Shown piece after piece: positions 58,412-64,000 of a stretch of 64,000 nucleotides of DNA. Both the position numbers and the translations under genes were made by a program. The notes beneath the pieces are model-generated. The model was not told the origin of the DNA and did not search any database. It saw nothing but the letters and a program-made list of their open reading frames with translations. Source of the DNA: a bacterium (lineage in GTDB: Bacteria > Omnitrophota > Gorgyraeia > Zapsychrales > Zapsychraceae); contig JAUIER010000007.1 of NCBI GenBank assembly GCA_030429765.1, positions 68,372 through 132,371 of the forward strand, in the 5' to 3' direction. Within the stretch, counting starts at the first letter, position 1. Each line of letters begins with the position of its first letter.

Positions 58412-59605
58412 CTACCACCTATACAACCGCACGCGCGTGCCTTTCAATGTTTGTTGACCTCCCGTCAGTTCGACAAAACCGTCCGTGTTGGCCATCGAGG
58501 CAAAATCGCCGGAACCGCCGGTCGCACATGGTTTGGCCGACAGTTCTTCATCAGATGCATGCCGCAATTGCACCGGACAAAAATACGTGAATTTGGTCGA
58601 CGGCGTGTAGTCTTCTGAGAGACGCACAAACTCTTCAATCACCTGTTCACCCGCAGCCCGTCGCAGATTGGGGATCACGTGCCGATATAGGCCCACCTGC
58701 GTCGAAACCGGATTGCCGGGCAAGGCAAACACCGGCGTACCGTTATCGCGTTGACCAAACCAAAATGGCTTCCCGGGCTTTTGACTGACCTTGTGAAACA
58801 GAGCCTTTACCCCTAGTTCATCCAATACCTGCGGAATCAAATCAAACTTTCCCATCGAGACACCGCCGGTCAGGATCACGACGTCGTAATTTTCCAGGAT
58901 CGCGCCGATCTGTTTACGTAGCACTTTTAGGTCATCGCGAAAGTGATACAGGTCCGCGTCATACATCAGGACCTTCCGTAATGCCGCTTGCATAAAATAG
59001 GAATTCGACCGGCGGATTTGATACGGCTCAATCGGCGCGTCGATATCGACCAGTTCATCACCATTCGAAATCAGGGCGATGCGCGGACGCTGGCTTACCA
59101 TCAGCTCCGCCTTACCGATAGCAGCCGCCGTGGCCACTTGAACCGGCCCTAGTGTTGAACCTTTGGTCACCAACACCCTGCCCTGTTTGTGATCCGCTCC
59201 CTGCGGCCGAATGTGCTGCATCTCGGATAATTCCAATCCATCCTCGACCTGGGCCTTGCCGTCGCTAATCTGAACACGCTCAATGGGGATCACGCAATCA
59301 CATCCCTCGGGGACAACCGCCCCGGTCATGATCTCAAAGCAGGCATGATCAAAACACAATGTCTGTTGCGGTTTTCCTGCCGACTGAATCCCCTCGATGG
59401 GAAATCTCCGTGTCCCCTTCTGATAAGCGGCCGCAACAATGGCGATTCCGTCCATCATCGACTTATGAAACGGCGGCAGATCGCGATCCGCCACAAGATC
59501 TTCCTGCAGGACACAGCCATATGACTTGGTCAACGACTGAGTGACCACAGGAAACGCGGTCATGGCATCCCGAATGATTTGATCGGCCTCGGCAACAGAA
59601 ATCAT
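58412..59605 (-). CDS. moeA: Molybdopterin molybdenumtransferase
   Basis: PPF..S.MDG, IMTGA.VP.G.D, S.G.EL, TGGVSMG..D, KPGKP and LPGNPVS motifs. Confidence 0.95.
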   Translation of the reverse strand: MISVAEADQIIRDAMTAFPVVTQSLTKSYGCVLQEDLVADRDLPPFHKSMMDGIAIVAAAYQKGTRRFPIEGIQSAGKPQQTLCFDHACFEIMTGAVVPEGCDCVIPIERVQISDGKAQVEDGLELSEMQHIRPQGADHKQGRVLVTKGSTLGPVQVATAAAIGKAELMVSQRPRIALISNGDELVDIDAPIEPYQIRRSNSYFMQAALRKVLMYDADLYHFRDDLKVLRKQIGAILENYDVVILTGGVSMGKFDLIPQVLDELGVKALFHKVSQKPGKPFWFGQRDNGTPVFALPGNPVSTQVGLYRHVIPNLRRAAGEQVIEEFVRLSEDYTPSTKFTYFCPVQLRHASDEELSAKPCATGGSGDFASMANTDGFVELTGGQQTLKGTRVRLYRW

Positions 59606-61518
59606 TTCTTATTCATCCTCGATCGCGCCAGCGGATATGTGACACACAAAAACAACATTTGGCACAGACAGTAGATCGCGAGATTGGTGGCCAGTCCCGA
59701 CGTAAAACCATATGAGTGTAATCCGACGCTCAATAGATTGACACCGAACCAAGCCCACATGACCACGATAATCCCCAGGATACTTCCGACCGCGACACCC
59801 AGCGGTGAGATCATCCGCCCAATCTTGGCGTGAAAGATAATCGCCGTCCATAGAATGATCATCAGCGCGCCGTTTTCTTTGGGGTCCCATCCCCAGAACC
59901 GTCCCCAGGATTGATCGGCCCAGATGCCGCCGAGATTTGTCCCCAGAAATGAAAACGTCAGACCAAAGCCCAGTGTTCCCAGCAGCACGTTGTAGGTGGA
60001 GCGTAATAATTTTTTGTCGTTGGTTTTGAAGATCGCCTGAAGCATATACACATGCCCGACAATGCCGGCTACACATGTCCCGGCGTATCCGACGGTGATC
60101 GTTGTCACATGCGTCGCCAGCCAGAAATTGGAATTCAAAACCGCGACAAGCATCTGCAAGGTATCCCCCTCGACCGCGAACTTGGCCGCGATGCTTAAAA
60201 AGGCATACCCACTGATACTGGCCACAATAATCCCCAGCCAATTCTTCATGACCTTTTCGATCACCATCCCGCACATCGCGCTGATCAGTCCCACAAAAAT
60301 AAATGTTTCATACAGATTGGATACCGGTGGCCGCTGCAGAATCATGATCCGCATTCCAAGGGCAACGGTATGCGCGATCACCGCAATCCACAGCACCGTC
60401 CAACCAATGTTACGCAACAACGGTCGGTCAATCATCAGGCTCATGGAAAATAGCAGGAATGTCAGGAAGTAAAGAATCTTGGCGTACAGGAACAGATTGG
60501 AATTGTTGTAGAACAACTCGATCTGATTGCGTTTCATCGCCTCTTCGTAACCAGACCCGGAGCGTGAGCGGGCGGATTCGACAAAATTCTTCACGGCCAA
60601 ATCAAACTCCAGATCACGGCCATCCCAGTAATGCACCAGCATCTCTTTGAGCAGCTGGAGTTCCTGTCGACCGGACTTGAGCTTGAGCGCGATCGGCAAC
60701 GCGTCCCACGGACTATGCCAACTCTCGACTTTCGGATCATACGGCGGCACGATATGGACCGGCAGATTTTGATAGATCATCGACCATTGCAGCAGACTGG
60801 CGGCTAAGCGCACAATCTCCTGCTGACCGGCCGTCCATTGATCCTGCGGCAGACTTTCCAGCGGACGGACCAGTTCGTGCAACACATTGGCGTTGCTGGC
60901 CACATCGTAGTAACTGAAGACCTCCTGTCCGGCGGGCAACCCCATCCGCTGTTTGAGCTCCGCGTCCTGGATCATAAAGTCGGGATGCGGCAGGACAAAC
61001 GAAAAAGTCAGCGTCAACGAAGAAAACAATCGCAGGTTATTGTGCACCCGGATGAGTTCGGCCTCGACGATATCACGATCTTTGGACTCGATTCGCTCGG
61101 CGGCTTCGGCCAGTTTACGCAGTTCAGGATACTTGGCTTCCAGTTCGCTGTAACTGTAGCGCCGACCCTCGGCCACCTCAATCCCCAACGACTCGACGAT
61201 CTGCGGATTGTTGATCAAAAATATTTCGTACTGCAATGATTTCCCCGGATCAAACAGGACGCGCGCCAGCCATTCGATGGCCGGCTTCTTCTGGAAGGTT
61301 TGTTTACCGGAAAACTGCAGCAAGGTGCTGCGCGCGAAGGTATCGAGCGGTTTGACCCGTCCATTGTCCAGCACCGGAATGCTTTTAAACGCGTCGTAGG
61401 ACCCCACGGTCTTGGCGATCGGACACACACCGTCCGCCGTCGGCTCCTGAGCCGCAACAGCCGTTACGAGTCCGAGTAACAAAGGAAGAATCAAAAATGT
61501 TGATTTGAAAAACTTCAT
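59602..61518 (-). CDS. ccsA: Cytochrome c biogenesis protein CcsA (System II) with large periplasmic N-terminal domain
   Basis: GRVKPLDTFAR, RPPVSNLYE, L.SNFWL.THV and LGGIWADQSWGRFWGWDPKE (WWD domain), GLHSYG. Confidence 0.95.
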   Translation of the reverse strand: MKFFKSTFLILPLLLGLVTAVAAQEPTADGVCPIAKTVGSYDAFKSIPVLDNGRVKPLDTFARSTLLQFSGKQTFQKKPAIEWLARVLFDPGKSLQYEIFLINNPQIVESLGIEVAEGRRYSYSELEAKYPELRKLAEAAERIESKDRDIVEAELIRVHNNLRLFSSLTLTFSFVLPHPDFMIQDAELKQRMGLPAGQEVFSYYDVASNANVLHELVRPLESLPQDQWTAGQQEIVRLAASLLQWSMIYQNLPVHIVPPYDPKVESWHSPWDALPIALKLKSGRQELQLLKEMLVHYWDGRDLEFDLAVKNFVESARSRSGSGYEEAMKRNQIELFYNNSNLFLYAKILYFLTFLLFSMSLMIDRPLLRNIGWTVLWIAVIAHTVALGMRIMILQRPPVSNLYETFIFVGLISAMCGMVIEKVMKNWLGIIVASISGYAFLSIAAKFAVEGDTLQMLVAVLNSNFWLATHVTTITVGYAGTCVAGIVGHVYMLQAIFKTNDKKLLRSTYNVLLGTLGFGLTFSFLGTNLGGIWADQSWGRFWGWDPKENGALMIILWTAIIFHAKIGRMISPLGVAVGSILGIIVVMWAWFGVNLLSVGLHSYGFTSGLATNLAIYCLCQMLFLCVTYPLARSRMNKK

Positions 61519-62636
61519 CGCTTTTTCCGTTTAAAGGCCATGACTAGAAAGTGAATCGCCAACCCGGCAAAGGTCACCAGGCTCGATACGTACGGCAACA
61601 ACCGGCCAAAATTTTTGACCACCGCCAGTGTCGAGCGTATGCGCTGCGCCGAATCGATCGAATACGACGCTTGGTAAAAGGTATAGTTCTTGAATCGCAG
61701 CGGATGGTTCATGTAAATCTCGGCCCGCCGTTCAATGTCGGCATGCTCAAACTCAACAAAACTGCGATAGCTGCTGGCGATCTCCGTACCCGGATGCTTT
61801 TCCATTTCAAAACGCTCAAGCGTCATCTGGATCGGCAACTCATAGCGTTTGCGCCGCAATTGCAGATGGTAATCAGTCCCATTAATCGACACCCGGGTCG
61901 GCCGTGATTCCTTACCAAACAGGATGACATCTTGTTCAGTTCCGTCAGCCTTAATGCTGAGTAACGCGCCGGGAAAGTTTTTTTCCGGTTCGATCTCGAG
62001 ATCTGTGCGCGCGATCTCGGTGATGCCTGACGCGTTTTGCGGCGGATCCGTCTTCTGGTCCGCACCGACAAAGGCCTGAGCATTGCGGTGATACGCCTTG
62101 ACGATGACATCAAATCCTAATTCGTTGAATCGCAGCGTGTCCGCACTCTTAAAATCATCGCTATCATACGCCCAAACATCCTTGGTTGTCGGATCATTGG
62201 TGGGCTGCCACACGGATAATTCCCAGTCATGGTACGACGCGGAAACATTCGAGGACTCCCCTTCCAACAGCGTGATGTTGGATTCTTCGACAAAGTGCAG
62301 CGTGACAAACGCCCCCACGAAGTAGGTGAGCAATCCCAAATGAATGACCAGGATGCCCAGATGCGACCAGCGATAAACAAACCGCGTGATCGACACCGCG
62401 CAGAGATTGATAAACAAGACCCACAACACCAGCTGAGCCCCGGGAAATGGAAAGAAATCACCGACAAGAAAATACCACGAATTGAAAAACCGTTCCTGCG
62501 ATTCGTACAGTCCAACGGTAACCTGGGACACAGTTCCCCAAAACGTCAGGATAAACAGCAGGATCAGACAGATCACCGTGATACGAATGGAGGCCAGCGT
62601 CCGGATGATCGGATTTTTTTTGAGTGAGGCTATCAT
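61515..62636 (-). CDS. resB: Cytochrome c biogenesis protein ResB/CcsB (System II)
   Basis: LAS.RIT, WGT..Q, IHLG, HPGT..ASSY.S and I.MNHPLR...YTFYQASY motifs. Confidence 0.9.
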   Translation of the reverse strand: MIASLKKNPIIRTLASIRITVICLILLFILTFWGTVSQVTVGLYESQERFFNSWYFLVGDFFPFPGAQLVLWVLFINLCAVSITRFVYRWSHLGILVIHLGLLTYFVGAFVTLHFVEESNITLLEGESSNVSASYHDWELSVWQPTNDPTTKDVWAYDSDDFKSADTLRFNELGFDVIVKAYHRNAQAFVGADQKTDPPQNASGITEIARTDLEIEPEKNFPGALLSIKADGTEQDVILFGKESRPTRVSINGTDYHLQLRRKRYELPIQMTLERFEMEKHPGTEIASSYRSFVEFEHADIERRAEIYMNHPLRFKNYTFYQASYSIDSAQRIRSTLAVVKNFGRLLPYVSSLVTFAGLAIHFLVMAFKRKKR

Positions 62637-62639
62637 AGT

Positions 62640-63287
62640 CTACGGACGAATCTTGAGCGAGCGACACAGCTCTTGAAACGGTTTTATGTTGGCGGACACG
62701 GACTTGGCCGTTCCGGTCATTTTGATAAAAATGGTCTTGTCGGTGGTCTCAATAATGGCGGCGTACATCGAACTCTCGGCGGACGCGAATTCCGTCAGAT
62801 CAATCAATTGCACCGCCAGGTCCCCCTGCGATCCAATCGCCTCCTGCCGGGCCAGGAACGCTGTCAACGCCTCGGCGGACGGCGGTTGCGCCCCAAGTTG
62901 ACGGATCCAGCGGGTGACGTTCGCCGCGACACCGCCTGAACTGCCTGACAACGAAACAATGGTGCACTGGATCGGATCGGCGCCCCGGCTGTTGAATGTC
63001 GCCAACCGCATACCGCTTCCCTTTTGCTCATCCCATTCGGCCGGACGTTCCCATAGCAGATCCACGTCAGCCACCGACGCATCCAGCATACGCTGCAAAT
63101 TGGGATCATCCGTACGCTGCGACGGATCCACCCGCGTAAACATATTGCCGTGCGGATTGGGCATGTTGGCCATATCCGTGGGCGGGACCTCGATGACCTC
63201 GGTGTATCGACGCAGCTCCGGCCCCCGATCACAGGACACGGCTGTCATGCAGATAACAATCAAAACTATGTTGAATACTTGTTTCAT
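62640..63287 (-). CDS. Lipoprotein heading the resB-ccsA operon
   Basis: Lipobox AVSC; NPH motif; W..P..W....SGMRLATF, GG..ANV.RW..Q and F.KMTG motifs. Confidence 0.75.
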   Translation of the reverse strand: MKQVFNIVLIVICMTAVSCDRGPELRRYTEVIEVPPTDMANMPNPHGNMFTRVDPSQRTDDPNLQRMLDASVADVDLLWERPAEWDEQKGSGMRLATFNSRGADPIQCTIVSLSGSSGGVAANVTRWIRQLGAQPPSAEALTAFLARQEAIGSQGDLAVQLIDLTEFASAESSMYAAIIETTDKTIFIKMTGTAKSVSANIKPFQELCRSLKIRP

Positions 63288-63359
63288 GGCTGGAAATTTT
63301 ATCCCTTAATTGTAGTCGGATTCGATCGAAACTCAAGCAAATAATTTGCTTAACAACGC

Positions 63360-63387
63360 CTGACAGATCACTGATATGGTGTATAAT
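63360..63387 (+). promoter_or_regulatory. sigma70 promoter, probably leaderless
   Basis: CTGACA-N16-TATAAT, then 6 nt to ATG 63394. Confidence 0.65.
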
Positions 63388-63393
63388 GAGCCT

Positions 63394-64000
63394 ATGATCA
63401 GTATTAAGTCCCTTCGGGTCGATTATGAAAATGTCAGCGCGGTTCAAGACCTGGACCTGGAGATCCAGCAAGGGCAGATCTACGGCCTTGTGGGACCGAA
63501 CGGCGCCGGTAAGACATCGACCATTAAGGCCCTGGCCGGTATCATTGAACCCACCTATGGTGAAATCCGTATCGCCGGCATTGATCTGGAAATCGAACAT
63601 CACAAGGCCCTGCAACAGCTGGGATACATGCCTGACTTTCCGCCGGTCTACGAAAATCTCAAGGTTTGGGAGTATCTGGATGTCTTTGCGGCAGCCTACC
63701 TAATCCCGCACCGAGAACGACCGCAGAAAATTCTACACTGGCTGACCCGGGTCAATCTACTCGAAAAACAAAACACCTTCATTCGCGAACTGTCGCGCGG
63801 AATGCGCCAGCGCCTGGTGCTCGCGAAAACACTTTTGCATGACCCGAAGGTCTTATTGCTGGACGAACCGGCCAGTGGGCTTGATCCCATCGCCCGAAAG
63901 GATATGCGTGACATTTTGCTCAGCGTGGCCTCGGAAAACAAGACCATCATCATTTCCAGTCACATCTTAACGGAGCTCAAGGAATTTTGTAACGCCGTGG
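63394..64000 (+). CDS. ABC-2 type transporter ATP-binding protein, truncated by the window edge
   Basis: Manual translation: GPNGAGKT, LSRGMRQR, LLLDEPASGLDP and SSHIL motifs. Confidence 0.93.
   Translation, partial: MISIKSLRVDYENVSAVQDLDLEIQQGQIYGLVGPNGAGKTSTIKALAGIIEPTYGEIRIAGIDLEIEHHKALQQLGYMPDFPPVYENLKVWEYLDVFAAAYLIPHRERPQKILHWLTRVNLLEKQNTFIRELSRGMRQRLVLAKTLLHDPKVLLLDEPASGLDPIARKDMRDILLSVASENKTIIISSHILTELKEFCNAV

Overview
A gene-dense chromosomal window with almost all genes on the minus strand. The gene content resembles PVC-superphylum bacteria, possibly Omnitrophota; this taxonomy is an inference. The left half (1-35 kb) is a mosaic of small accessory genes. It includes ElbB, RidA, an atypical SSB, an MBL hydrolase, a GbsR/MarR-regulated ferritin-like + kinase-like operon with two matching operators, several AT-richer orphan genes (one RusA-like), a c-di-GMP-I riboswitch ahead of an unknown secreted protein, and a SOR-fold-like secreted protein with 11-aa tandem repeats. 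It also has MBOAT/SGNH acylation genes, a fused MFS/spermidine synthase, and two ECF sigma/anti-sigma pairs, one anti-sigma being fused to a vWA/YfbK domain. The right half (35.4-63.3 kb) is a co-oriented bioenergetic supercluster. It holds System II cytochrome c maturation, moeA-moaD-rhodanese, DAHP synthase, hemH-hemA-TMEM14, an APC permease-PTS IIA-TrkA-C fusion, a complete H+-type F1Fo ATP synthase operon, and a split Rieske/cytochrome b6-type complex with an octaheme cytochrome c plus three uncharacterised companion genes. The most interesting observations are TMEM14 in a heme operon, possible assembly factors of the bc complex, an identical AAC-N26-ATGAAAGG leaderless uORF layout ahead of both ECF sigma genes, and an orphan promoter-to-terminator sRNA candidate. 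No tRNA, rRNA, CRISPR array or transposase was seen. All calls come from reading the sequence; no database search was run.
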